Origin: Bradymonadia bacterium | GTDB lineage: Bacteria; Myxococcota_A; Bradymonadia; UBA7976; UBA1532 | Assembly: GCA_046290225.1 (NCBI GenBank) | Contig: JBKAGE010000071.1 | Location: forward strand, 1 to 64,000 | Length of the DNA stretch: 64,000 nucleotides | Direction of reading: 5' to 3' | Shown: positions 36,976-46,524 of the stretch, piece after piece | Numbering within the stretch: position 1 is the stretch's first letter | Layout of the letters: each line of letters starts with the position of its first letter | The notes under the pieces: model-generated | The model's input: only the letters and a program-made list of their open reading frames with translations | Databases searched by the model: none | Told to the model about the DNA's origin: nothing | Position numbers and translations under genes: made by a program

Positions 36976-37839
36976 TCAGCGCCGGCGAGCGCCGTCGCGA
37001 CCGCCGCTGCGGCCACCACGACCGCCGTCACGGCCTCCGCGGCCACCGTCACGACCACCGCGGCCACCATCACGACCGCCGCGACCACCGTCACGACCTC
37101 CGCGGCGATCTCGACCGCCACCGCGACGATCGTCGTCACGGCTGCGACGGGGGCGACGATCGTCACCGCCCTCTTCGCGGCGGGCCCGGGCGCGCTCGAG
37201 GCCGCGCTCACGGGGGTGACGCTCCTCGGCGGACTGGAAGGTCACAGGGAGGGTGTTCCGCTCTCGCAGCGCAGCCACGAGCTCAGCCTGGGTGAGGCTC
37301 TCGCCGGGGATCACCGTCACGCCGTGGCCGAGGCGGTCCAGATCACCGCCGCTGCTGCCGGCGGTGGCGGCCTTCAGGTGGGCCGCAGCGGTGTCGGCGA
37401 GGCCGTTCCAGACGTGGTGCCCCTGACCGATGCGGGTCTCGATGGCGTCGATGCGGGGCAGGGCGTACACCTGGTCCACGAGAGCCGACTCCAGATCGCG
37501 GTGGTAGGGGTGACCCGCCATCACGATGCCCTTGAAGTCCTTGATGCGCTCCGCCACGGCGTCAAAAGACCAGAGGCGGGGCCCGGGGGACCACTTGGCA
37601 CCGAAGAAGTCGGCGTCGGCCACCTCGGGGATCAAGATCAAAGAGCCCTTCTCCAGTGCGAGCTCCACACCGGCGAAGGCCCACAGATCCTGAGCCTCGA
37701 CGGCCTTGATGTAGGCCTCGGTGCGATCGGTGCGGTTACCGTCGGTGATCACCACGCCCTCGAGCTGGGCGTCGTCGATGCGCTGAGCGAGGGCTTCGGG
37801 GCTCAGGTCTCCGGGGTTGACGTGGGGATCGATCAGCAA
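36976..37839 (-). CDS. PHP-fold protein with degenerate metal ligands and an RGG-rich tail
   Basis: TTG start with GGAGG SD; IDPHVN, ITDGN, AGVEL, AGHPYH; tail of GGRGGRD repeats. Confidence 0.75.
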   Translation of the reverse strand: MLIDPHVNPGDLSPEALAQRIDDAQLEGVVITDGNRTDRTEAYIKAVEAQDLWAFAGVELALEKGSLILIPEVADADFFGAKWSPGPRLWSFDAVAERIKDFKGIVMAGHPYHRDLESALVDQVYALPRIDAIETRIGQGHHVWNGLADTAAAHLKAATAGSSGGDLDRLGHGVTVIPGESLTQAELVAALRERNTLPVTFQSAEERHPRERGLERARARREEGGDDRRPRRSRDDDRRGGGRDRRGGRDGGRGGRDGGRGGRDGGRGGRDGGRGGRSGGRDGARRR

Positions 37840-37954
37840 AGGGGGCCTCCAGAGGGGTCGTGGGCCTCGGGTGCGCGGTCCTGAGGACACCGATAGGGGT
37901 ACAAAATTCGCCGCAGGCTAGCAGAAAAGATGTCCGGGCGCACCACAGCTGGAT

Positions 37955-38761
37955 ATGCTCCTGTGTATGCAGCATCTCAAGCGCATCGGGGTGTTCACCC
38001 GAGACAACGACGATGACGTGGACTACCGGCTCGGGAGCATGAGCCGTCTCTTTGCTCGAGCGAGCATCGAAACGGTGGTCCTCGCAGAGACTACAGAGCC
38101 CGGTGAACTCGATCTGATCATCGCCCTCGGGGGGGATGGCACTGTGCTCCGGGCCCTGGCCACGTACCCTGGGATTCCGGTCCTCGCGGTGAACTTCGGA
38201 TCCCTGGGGTTCCTCACGGCGAGCGATCGCAACGATCTCGATCAGGTGCTCGTGCGGCTGCTCAGCGACGATGACTGGGTGGAAGAGCGGCTCACTCTTG
38301 AGGTGAACTACCGCGGTGAGGCCCATCGCTGCGTCAACGAGCTGGTCATCAAGGGCCCCACTCAGATGATCGACGTGGCCATCACCATCAACGGCCAGAC
38401 GATCCACACCGCTCGGGGAGATGGGATCATCGTGGGCACGCCCACGGGGAGTACGGGCTACCTGTTGAGCACCGGTGCCCCCATCATCAGCCCCGACATG
38501 GACTCGATCATCCTCAAGCCCCTCAACGAGTACAGCTTCTCCAGTCGCTCTATCCTGCTGCCAGGATCGGCGCAGATCGAGCTGAAGATCCTTGAGCAGA
38601 CCCGGGCCCGGGACATCATCATGGTCATCGATGGTGGCCCCGCCGAGGCCGTGAGCCCCGGCGAGACGTTCCAAATCAGCAAGTCGCCTGTGCCCGCCCG
38701 GCTGGTCTACTTCGAGTCGGACTACTTCTTCAGGAACCTGAAATCCCGCCTGCGCTGGTAG
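37955..38761 (+). CDS. nadK: NAD kinase
   Basis: LGGDGTVL, GSLGFLT, NE, GDGIIVGTPTGSTGY. Confidence 0.95.
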   Translation: MLLCMQHLKRIGVFTRDNDDDVDYRLGSMSRLFARASIETVVLAETTEPGELDLIIALGGDGTVLRALATYPGIPVLAVNFGSLGFLTASDRNDLDQVLVRLLSDDDWVEERLTLEVNYRGEAHRCVNELVIKGPTQMIDVAITINGQTIHTARGDGIIVGTPTGSTGYLLSTGAPIISPDMDSIILKPLNEYSFSSRSILLPGSAQIELKILEQTRARDIIMVIDGGPAEAVSPGETFQISKSPVPARLVYFESDYFFRNLKSRLRW

Positions 38762-38779
38762 CCCCGCCGAGGTCCATCT

Positions 38780-40648
38780 TTGTCCAGATCCCCTGAGTTG
38801 CATCAGCGTCAGGCTGAGCGTTACGCCCGCCGTCGCGCTGCGGTGGAGCGCCAGATCTCCATCATCGCCGCGGTGCGCCTGATCGCCTTCCTCGTCGCCG
38901 CGGCCTTCGGCTTTGCTGCGGTGTACGACCGTGAGCCCTGGCTCTATGGCCCTGTAGCCGCAGCAGGGCTGGCGGCCTTCGCTGTCGCGGTGTGGATGCA
39001 CCGACGCCCATATGCCCTCAAGCCACGCCTTGTGGCCCTGGAGAAGGTGCACCGCGCCGCCGCCGCCCGCCTCGACGGACGCTGGGCCGAGCTCGACGAC
39101 ACGGGGGCAGAGTTTCTCGACGAGGGCCGGCCCGATCTCGGGGAGCTGCAGGTCTTCGGCGTGGGATCGCTTTATCAGCTCATCGGTCGGGTGCGGACCC
39201 CCCTGGCACGGCGGCGTCTCGCCAGGGCCCTGAGCGAGGGAGAATCGCTCGACGACATCGCTGCTCGCCAGCAGGCCGCCGCGGAGCTGGCCCCCCTCAC
39301 CACCTTTCGGCATCGGCTCGAAGCAGAGGCGTTGAGCGTCGGGGTAGACGAAGCGCAGCTCGATCGGTTCCTCACCTGGGCCGAGGCCTCGCCGGCGCCA
39401 TCGTGGCTCGACAAGGTGCGGTGGCTGCCCTGGGTGACCGTGCCGGCGACTTGGGTACTGCTCACGCTGGCGCTGAGCTTCGATCTGCAGGTGCCGTGGC
39501 AGGTGCCTGTGGTCCTGCAGTGCATCATCTATGGCGCCACCACCCTCAAGCTCGGGGGCTGGTACGGCGATCTGGTGGCCGACGAGAAGTACCAGCCCTT
39601 CGTGGCCCTCGGGCGCCTCTTCAGGCTCGTGGAGCGCCGCCGATTCACCGATCCGCAGCTGGTGGATCTTCAACGCCGGCTGGCGAACACTGAAGGCGGC
39701 AAGGCGGTGCAGCCCTCACAGGCTGTGGCCCGTCTCGAAGGCATCATCGCTGGTCTCGCCAGCCGTCAGAACGCCCTGATGTTCTTCGTCTTCAACGTGC
39801 TCGGGCTGTGGGAGATCATCTACGCCCATCGGCTGGAGCGCTGGCGCTCGGAGCACGGCCGCATGCTGCGCGGGCGCCTGGAGGTGCTCGCCGATCTCGA
39901 GGCCATCGCCGCCCTCGGCGGGTTCGCCTGGGATCACCCCGAGTATTGTCGACCCACGGTGAAGGCTGAAGGTACTCCGGTCTTCGAGGCCACGGCCATG
40001 GGGCACCCGCTCATCCCGGCGAAGGTACGCCGCTGCAATGACTTTACGATGCCCTCTGGTGGCCGGCTGGTGCTCATCACTGGCAGCAACATGAGCGGCA
40101 AGAGCTCTTTCCTGCGCACTGTGGGTGTGAACGCCCTGCTGGCCAGAGCCGCTGCGGTCTGCTGTGCCGAGTCATTGCAGGTGGTGGCCCCCTCGGCGAG
40201 TACCAGCATCCAGGTCACCGATGCTCCAGAGCTGGGCCTGAGCCTGTTCTATGCCGAGGTGAAGCGCATCAAGCGCATCCTCGACGAGGTGCAAGGCGCT
40301 CAAGAAGACGGGGCGCGGGCGCCGAGGCTTTATCTCGTGGACGAGATGCTCCGGGGCACCAACAGCAAGGAGCGCAACCTCGCCACCCTCGCCGTGGCCC
40401 GCTCGCTGCTCGCCGCCACCCGCAGCTACGGTCTCATCACCACCCACGATCTCTCGTTGGTACGACTCGCGGAGCAGTTCCCCGATCGCGTGGAGGTGTA
40501 TCACTTCACCGATCGTGTGGAGGGCAAGGCTCTGCAGTTCGACTACCGGTTGCGTCGAGGGGTCTCCACCACCACCAACGCCCTCGATCTGTTGCGGGCA
40601 GAAGGCATCGACGTCGCCGAGGACGATCCGCTCGCCGGTGAGGGCTGA
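38780..40648 (+). CDS. MutS domain-V ATPase with N-terminal TM helices
   Basis: ITGSNMSGKSSFLR, SLFYAEV, DEMLRGTN, TTHDL; lacks mismatch-binding domains. Confidence 0.9.
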   Translation: MSRSPELHQRQAERYARRRAAVERQISIIAAVRLIAFLVAAAFGFAAVYDREPWLYGPVAAAGLAAFAVAVWMHRRPYALKPRLVALEKVHRAAAARLDGRWAELDDTGAEFLDEGRPDLGELQVFGVGSLYQLIGRVRTPLARRRLARALSEGESLDDIAARQQAAAELAPLTTFRHRLEAEALSVGVDEAQLDRFLTWAEASPAPSWLDKVRWLPWVTVPATWVLLTLALSFDLQVPWQVPVVLQCIIYGATTLKLGGWYGDLVADEKYQPFVALGRLFRLVERRRFTDPQLVDLQRRLANTEGGKAVQPSQAVARLEGIIAGLASRQNALMFFVFNVLGLWEIIYAHRLERWRSEHGRMLRGRLEVLADLEAIAALGGFAWDHPEYCRPTVKAEGTPVFEATAMGHPLIPAKVRRCNDFTMPSGGRLVLITGSNMSGKSSFLRTVGVNALLARAAAVCCAESLQVVAPSASTSIQVTDAPELGLSLFYAEVKRIKRILDEVQGAQEDGARAPRLYLVDEMLRGTNSKERNLATLAVARSLLAATRSYGLITTHDLSLVRLAEQFPDRVEVYHFTDRVEGKALQFDYRLRRGVSTTTNALDLLRAEGIDVAEDDPLAGEG

Positions 40649-40662
40649 GCGTTGAGATCACC

Positions 40663-41283
40663 TCAGCCTGTGGCGCCGCTGGCCCGCTCCCGGAACTGAA
40701 TCCGCTCTTCTTTGGTGAGTATGCGTGGCTCAGCCACGAGGCTGCCGTCGGCGTTGCGGATCGGCGACGGCTTCGCCCGGCCAGCGAGCTTGTGCCGGGC
40801 GAGCATCATGGCCGACTTGAAGAGGACCCCCTTGGGCATGCCGGGGTGTGCGTCTTCAGGGCAGCCTCCCCGGGCCTTGCTCGCGTTCACCTTGCCCAGG
40901 ATCGGGCCCGTCTTGGCGTGGGCGTCAGGGTCGTCGATGATGCTGTGGATCAGCCCCAGGAAAGGCATCCCGGGCTTGTCCAGCGCGTTGCCGACGGGGG
41001 TGTGGCAGCTGCTGCAGTACCACCGCAGGGGCCCCTTGGGTGAGAGCCGCATGCAGGCGAGCTTGTCTTCACCTTGGGTGAACTTCACCTGAGCGGGCGA
41101 CACCTGCAGTACCTCGGTGCCTCCACGCTCGTCGAGCACGTCTGGGCGCTCCAGGGCATAAGCGTAGGTCTGGCAGTCGATGCAGTAGCAGACGAGGCGG
41201 CCGGCGGTCTTGGGGGTGATGAGCTCCGCGGTGCCTTCGATGGCGCCGCACTTGCATTTCAGAGACAGGGTGTGGGCGGTCAT
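40663..41283 (-). CDS. DUF6151 / GFA-like Zn-binding protein
   Basis: CKCG, CYCIDCQ, LRWYCSSCHTP. Confidence 0.8.
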   Translation of the reverse strand: MTAHTLSLKCKCGAIEGTAELITPKTAGRLVCYCIDCQTYAYALERPDVLDERGGTEVLQVSPAQVKFTQGEDKLACMRLSPKGPLRWYCSSCHTPVGNALDKPGMPFLGLIHSIIDDPDAHAKTGPILGKVNASKARGGCPEDAHPGMPKGVLFKSAMMLARHKLAGRAKPSPIRNADGSLVAEPRILTKEERIQFRERASGATG

Positions 41284-41322
41284 GCTTTGCCTGATGGGGT
41301 GAGTGTTTCGAAACTGTAGGGA

Positions 41323-42984
41323 TCAGCGCGTTTCAACGAGGGCGCGCTGCAGAATTGCGCCAGTGTCGGTGCCCGCTGGCAGGTTGCCGAAGGCGCCTCC
41401 GCGCTGCCCGCCCAGGCGAGCACCACAGAAAGCTTCGGCCACTGCCGTGGGCCCGAGCCGCGTCAACAACGCCCCCTGATACGCGAGAACCAGCTGCTCT
41501 GCTACATGGCGTGCACGGAACTCGAGGCTCGCAGGATCTGCAAAGTGTCCTTTGAGCCCATCAAGGGCCATGTCGAGCCGAGCGTCTCCGCCGCGGGCTT
41601 TCTCCAGCTCTGCGAAGATCAGCCCCAGGGCATCGGGTGTGCGTTGAATTGCCCGGAGCACGTCGAGGCACATCACATTGCCCGAGCCTTCCCAAATCGA
41701 GTTGAGCGGCATCTCTCGATACAACGCCGCCATGGGGCCGTCTTCCACGTAACCGTTCCCGCCGAAGACCTCCATGGCCTCCGCGGCCACCATGGGTCCG
41801 CGCTTGCAGATCCAGTACTTCGCAGCGGGGGTCATCACGCGACACAGCGCGCCGGCGAGGCCATCGTCGCCCTCGCGGGTGCGGGCGTCGAATGCCGCGG
41901 CGAGGTGCAGAGCGAGCATCTGCGCCGCCTCGGCCTCTACAGCGAGATCGGCGAGCACGTTGGCCATGAGCGGCTGATCGATGAGGGCCTTGCCAAAGGC
42001 ATGGCGATGGCGTGCATGGTGCACTGCACGTGTCACCGCCTGCCGTGTGGCCCCTGCGGAGCCCAGGCAGCAGTCGAGGCGGGTGTAGGTTGCCATCTCG
42101 ATGATGGTGCGTACCCCCTTGCCCTCGGGGCCCACGGGCCAGGCCAGGGCGTTGTGGAACTCCACCTCGCTCGAGGCGTTCGAGCGGTTGCCCAGCTTGT
42201 TCTTGAGGCGCTGGAACCTGAGCGCGTTGGGCTGGCCGTCGGGGGTGAAGCGGGGGAGCAGGAAGCAGCTGATGCCCTTGGGGGCTTGAGCCAGGATCAG
42301 CCACGCGTCGCACTGGGGCGCCGAGAAGAACCACTTGTGCCCCACGATGGTGTAGCTGCCGTCGGCGTTGGGCGTGGCCCGCGTGCTGTTGGCGCGCACG
42401 TCGGAGCCGCCCTGCTTTTCTGTCATGCCCATGCCCATGATCACGCCTGCCTTGCCTTCGGCGGGCATGAACCGAGGATCGTAATCGGTGCTCAGCAACT
42501 TGGGCATCCAGGCTTCGGCCACCTCCGGGTGGTTCTGAAGAACCGGTACGACGCCATAGGTCATGGTGATGGGGCACTGATGACCAGGCTCCACCTGAGA
42601 GAGCATCATGGCCTTCGCCGCACGGGCCACGTGAGCTCCGGGCTTTGGATCGGCCCATGGCCCGGTGTGCACCCCCTCGCTGACGCTGAGACCCATGAAG
42701 GTGTGCCAGGCAGGGTGGAACTCCACCTGATCGCGTCTGCGCCCCTGAGCGTCGAATGTGTGAAGCACCGGTGGATAGAGGTGGGCGAGGTGACCCTGGT
42801 GGAACATCTCGGCGGTGCCCGCCCGGGCGCCGAGGGCGGTGAGGTCTTCCAGCGCCCACTCGGCACCGTTGAGCTTCACCGCTTCGACGAGGCCAGGATC
42901 GTTGGTGAACAGATTGTAGTCCCCGAGAGCCGGAGGCTGATTCTGAACTTCATGGGTCGAAAAAGGGTGCAAGGGGGACGACAT
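41323..42984 (-). CDS. aidB: AidB-type acyl-CoA dehydrogenase
   Basis: THEVQNQPP, GMGMTEKQGGSDV, GHKWFFSAP, KLGNRSNASSEVEF, SIWEGSGN. Confidence 0.9.
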   Translation of the reverse strand: MSSPLHPFSTHEVQNQPPALGDYNLFTNDPGLVEAVKLNGAEWALEDLTALGARAGTAEMFHQGHLAHLYPPVLHTFDAQGRRRDQVEFHPAWHTFMGLSVSEGVHTGPWADPKPGAHVARAAKAMMLSQVEPGHQCPITMTYGVVPVLQNHPEVAEAWMPKLLSTDYDPRFMPAEGKAGVIMGMGMTEKQGGSDVRANSTRATPNADGSYTIVGHKWFFSAPQCDAWLILAQAPKGISCFLLPRFTPDGQPNALRFQRLKNKLGNRSNASSEVEFHNALAWPVGPEGKGVRTIIEMATYTRLDCCLGSAGATRQAVTRAVHHARHRHAFGKALIDQPLMANVLADLAVEAEAAQMLALHLAAAFDARTREGDDGLAGALCRVMTPAAKYWICKRGPMVAAEAMEVFGGNGYVEDGPMAALYREMPLNSIWEGSGNVMCLDVLRAIQRTPDALGLIFAELEKARGGDARLDMALDGLKGHFADPASLEFRARHVAEQLVLAYQGALLTRLGPTAVAEAFCGARLGGQRGGAFGNLPAGTDTGAILQRALVETR

Positions 42985-43263
42985 GAAACACCTCGATTCT
43001 CACTCGATGGCAAGACGTTGGGCTGTTTCGGGTTCCATGGCAAGGGGCGATTACTCAGGAAGGACTTCCGCGCCGCGGTGGAGCAGATGTGGTGATGCGC
43101 CACACTGTAGAGATGCCCTACAGCGAGGGTGTGGAGAAACACAACAGACCCACACCTGATGATGTGTATGTAGTACTGCAAGGTGCTGAAAATATTAGAT
43201 GCCAGGTTCAGGCACGCCCCCTGCTCAAGGGCATGGCCGACTCTTCAACCCAAGGAGCCTGCC

Positions 43264-46200
43264 ATGTCTCGCCAGCGTCCACGCCTCTGTCGTCCCCGTC
43301 GAGTTCACCTCGCCTTGAGTGCCTGCCTGCTCTCTGCCGGCTGTGGGGCCGATGTCACTTCTTCAGAAGTGCCCTTGGAAGCCCCTGAGCCCGAGCACGA
43401 GGCTTCGGGGGCGGAACAGGCAGACGCCTCGAATCGCCCCACTGAGACCCCGGCAACGATGCCCGAAGACAGCACTGATGATCCCCTCGAAGTCCGAGGT
43501 GGCCCCCGCCTAGTCGAGGTGAGCCCGGCTGCAGGTGCCGCCATCGAGGGCTCGACCCAGGTGACCGTCGTGGTGGCCCCTGAAGCCTCTCCCATCGTGC
43601 GCCTCGCCGCTGTGCACATCGACGCCAACGGACAACCCCTCGGTGAGCTGGCCGCCTCGGAAGAGGCCCGCCTCGACTTCGACGTCGATCCCCAGATGGC
43701 CAGCGCAGACGACGCGGTGCACATCGTGGTTACGGCCATCGACGCCGAGAACGAGATGATGCATCTGCGGTTGCGGTATCCCGTCTCCAGCGCCAACCGG
43801 ATTCTTGGTCGCCTCACCGTCCGCCCTGTGAAGGATGTGTTCGTCACCGCCCTCGACGCGGAGGGGCAGACCCTGGCCCGTGGCCCAGTCTCCGAGGACG
43901 GCCGATTCGAACTCACCCTGGAGCAGGGGGCGCGGGGCCCGGTCACGCTGGAGGCAGCCCCGGACATCATCGGCGGTGAGATTTTCGATCCTGGCACCGA
44001 GCAGTGGCAGCGGTGGACCCTGGAATCACCCTGGCGCACGCGGGCTCTCGTGGGAGACGCCTCTGTGGCTGTCGGCCCCCTCACCACCCTCGCCGAGGGT
44101 CGTTGGCGGGCCATGGGAGGCGCCTTTGACGATGCTGTTGAGGCTGTGGGTGATCACTTTGGTCTCTCTGGAGAAGCCCTGCGCAGCGCCGAGCCTGGCG
44201 AAGACGACTTCAAGGCCATGCTCATGGGCTGCCTCGGTGAGCAGGCACATCATCTCGGCGTCAATGTCGGGGAGCCCGTCACCTTCACACATTGGGTGCA
44301 GGCGCTTTATGCAGATGCCCTCGAGGACGGCCGGGTGAACTACGGGGCCTTCGCCTGGGCCCCCGATGATGCCCTGCGTCATACCTTTGCTGTGTCGTGC
44401 GCCCGTTGGGGAGAAGGTCCTCATGGCGTGGGTGGGTGGCACCTTGAGAACGATGACTACGTCACATGGCTCGAGCATCTCTCCACTGACGAGAGCGCAC
44501 TCTCCTTCGCGGAGGATGGCCTGTCGCTGTGGTCCGCCCCGGAGACCACACTCATTCTCACCGAGCAGGGGGCCCAACAGAGGGGGGCGCAGCCAGGGGG
44601 CAGCATCTTCATCAACGTCGAGGCTCGTAACTCTGCAGTGGGTGTCGCGGCGCTGTTGCTTCAGAGCGGCGACACCTGGATCGACACGTGGCCCGACGAC
44701 GTCGACCCCCGGATCGACGTCCGCGACGGCGAGGTCCGCGTGGCTCAGGCCGACTACCCCGAAGGCAGCTCGGTGACCATCAGGGCCGAGGCGATCGATC
44801 TGCTCGGCCGCTCGGTGTCCGATGACCTCACGTTCATCGTGGACACCGAGGCGCCCCGGGTGAGCGTGGGCCTGCCCGTAGGGGGCGTAAAGGCTGAGGG
44901 GGTGGTGTACTGCCCGTTCGAGGTGTGTGAGCTGTCGTTCTCCGTAGAAGACGCCACGCTCAGCGAGCTCGAAGTGCGCCTCGACGGCTCGCTGGTCGAG
45001 AGCTGGGAAAGGGCCGAGGCCGATCAGTACGCGGTGCTGTTGCCCTTCGATGGAGAAGGGGCCCACACAGTGACCATCACCGCCACCGACGTCATCGGCC
45101 ACGTCACCGAGGTCGAGCAGCGTGTCGTCGCCAGCCTTTCACCTCCGGCGATTCACCTCGAAGAGAGCGAGTATTTCGACGAGATGGGCATGCTGGTCGA
45201 TCGTGAAGGCCGACGCGTGCATCCTCAAGACGCCGATCTTGTCCCTGTCGTCGATGGAGGATTGCTGCGTCGGTGGCAGAGCAGTTGGGCCCTTGAGGCT
45301 GATCCGCTGAACCCGGTGGCTCTGCGGATCGCTTTGGATGAGCATCCCGACATGCCCCTCATCTCCCCTGTGGTCACGGCCCGGTTCGACCAGGGGCCCG
45401 CCCGACGGCTCCCGGTCACCCGCCGTCCGGGAGGCCTCTGGCGTGCAGAGATCACCGGGCCCGCGGTGGGGCTCGATCTCAGCGACGCCCCCCTCGGCCG
45501 TGGTGTGCCCCTGGAGATCGAGATCGAGGCCCTCGACATCTTCGGCCGGCGCACAGTGGAGCAGATGCGGTTCATCGTGGAGGTGATGGCGCCTCCGGTC
45601 GTCGTCCGTCAGCTGGACCAGAGCGCCATCGGGCAATTCACCGTGGAAGATCTCAGCTTCGAGAGCGAGGCGTTGCAGGCGCTGCTGTCGCCCCGGAGTG
45701 CATATGCCCAGGGCGTCGTCCTCGGCGCCATGGAGATCACCAACCCGCACACCGTGCCCCTCTGGATCACCCTCGATGCCCCCAACAGTCTGGATGTCTC
45801 CGTGACCCAGCAAACCCGTATCTCGGGTCTACATCTGCCGTCATTGGCTCGGAGCAACCCGAGCTATCGCGCCTGGGACATCGAGGTGGACTGTCTGGAG
45901 CCGGTGTTGGGGGGCCTGTGGATCAACCGAGCTGACCGCTTCGCCACTCGAGTGCGTGGGCAGCTGGACGCCCACGGTGTGCAGACTTTCACCGGTGGCG
46001 CCTGTGAGCCCCTCGAGGCCGAGCGGGCTGGCGAGCACTCGATGATGATGCCCACAGGGTGGGCACTGGCGGGGGAGGCGCGCCCGGAGATGGCCGTTCG
46101 AGAGACCCCGGAGGGGGCACTGCAGGTCCGTCTGGCACCCTTTGAGCGGGTGGTGGCGTATCGGATTCTACAGCCCACCCGGGAGATGCTGGCCCCGGTG

Positions 46201-46524
46201 GTGAGTCAGCTCGAGGGCGTTGGCGGCGTCACCTTCAGCGCGGCGCTTCAGGATGGCGAGACCGGGCTGTTCAACCACGTGCCTGATCGCCACTGCGCCC
46301 CTGGGGCGGAAGGGTGTCCGGAGGCGGGGCCCTGGCTGGGCAAGCGCTTTGTAGATCTCACCGACGTGCGTCTCACCGAGCGTCGTGACTGGGACAGCTG
46401 GGCCTATGTGAGAAGCTGGGGGACCTGCAACGTGGGCGATGCGCCGGGTTGCGGGATCGGTGGCCGCAGCTCAGGGCGACTGGGCCCCATCGCCGACGTC
46501 GCCCTCAGCCGAGGGCAGCCCTGA
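43264..46524 (+). CDS. large lipoprotein with Ig-like domains
   Basis: Lipobox SAGC; VDTEAPRV, EGAHTVTITATDVIGH. Confidence 0.7.
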   Translation: MSRQRPRLCRPRRVHLALSACLLSAGCGADVTSSEVPLEAPEPEHEASGAEQADASNRPTETPATMPEDSTDDPLEVRGGPRLVEVSPAAGAAIEGSTQVTVVVAPEASPIVRLAAVHIDANGQPLGELAASEEARLDFDVDPQMASADDAVHIVVTAIDAENEMMHLRLRYPVSSANRILGRLTVRPVKDVFVTALDAEGQTLARGPVSEDGRFELTLEQGARGPVTLEAAPDIIGGEIFDPGTEQWQRWTLESPWRTRALVGDASVAVGPLTTLAEGRWRAMGGAFDDAVEAVGDHFGLSGEALRSAEPGEDDFKAMLMGCLGEQAHHLGVNVGEPVTFTHWVQALYADALEDGRVNYGAFAWAPDDALRHTFAVSCARWGEGPHGVGGWHLENDDYVTWLEHLSTDESALSFAEDGLSLWSAPETTLILTEQGAQQRGAQPGGSIFINVEARNSAVGVAALLLQSGDTWIDTWPDDVDPRIDVRDGEVRVAQADYPEGSSVTIRAEAIDLLGRSVSDDLTFIVDTEAPRVSVGLPVGGVKAEGVVYCPFEVCELSFSVEDATLSELEVRLDGSLVESWERAEADQYAVLLPFDGEGAHTVTITATDVIGHVTEVEQRVVASLSPPAIHLEESEYFDEMGMLVDREGRRVHPQDADLVPVVDGGLLRRWQSSWALEADPLNPVALRIALDEHPDMPLISPVVTARFDQGPARRLPVTRRPGGLWRAEITGPAVGLDLSDAPLGRGVPLEIEIEALDIFGRRTVEQMRFIVEVMAPPVVVRQLDQSAIGQFTVEDLSFESEALQALLSPRSAYAQGVVLGAMEITNPHTVPLWITLDAPNSLDVSVTQQTRISGLHLPSLARSNPSYRAWDIEVDCLEPVLGGLWINRADRFATRVRGQLDAHGVQTFTGGACEPLEAERAGEHSMMMPTGWALAGEARPEMAVRETPEGALQVRLAPFERVVAYRILQPTREMLAPVVSQLEGVGGVTFSAALQDGETGLFNHVPDRHCAPGAEGCPEAGPWLGKRFVDLTDVRLTERRDWDSWAYVRSWGTCNVGDAPGCGIGGRSSGRLGPIADVALSRGQP

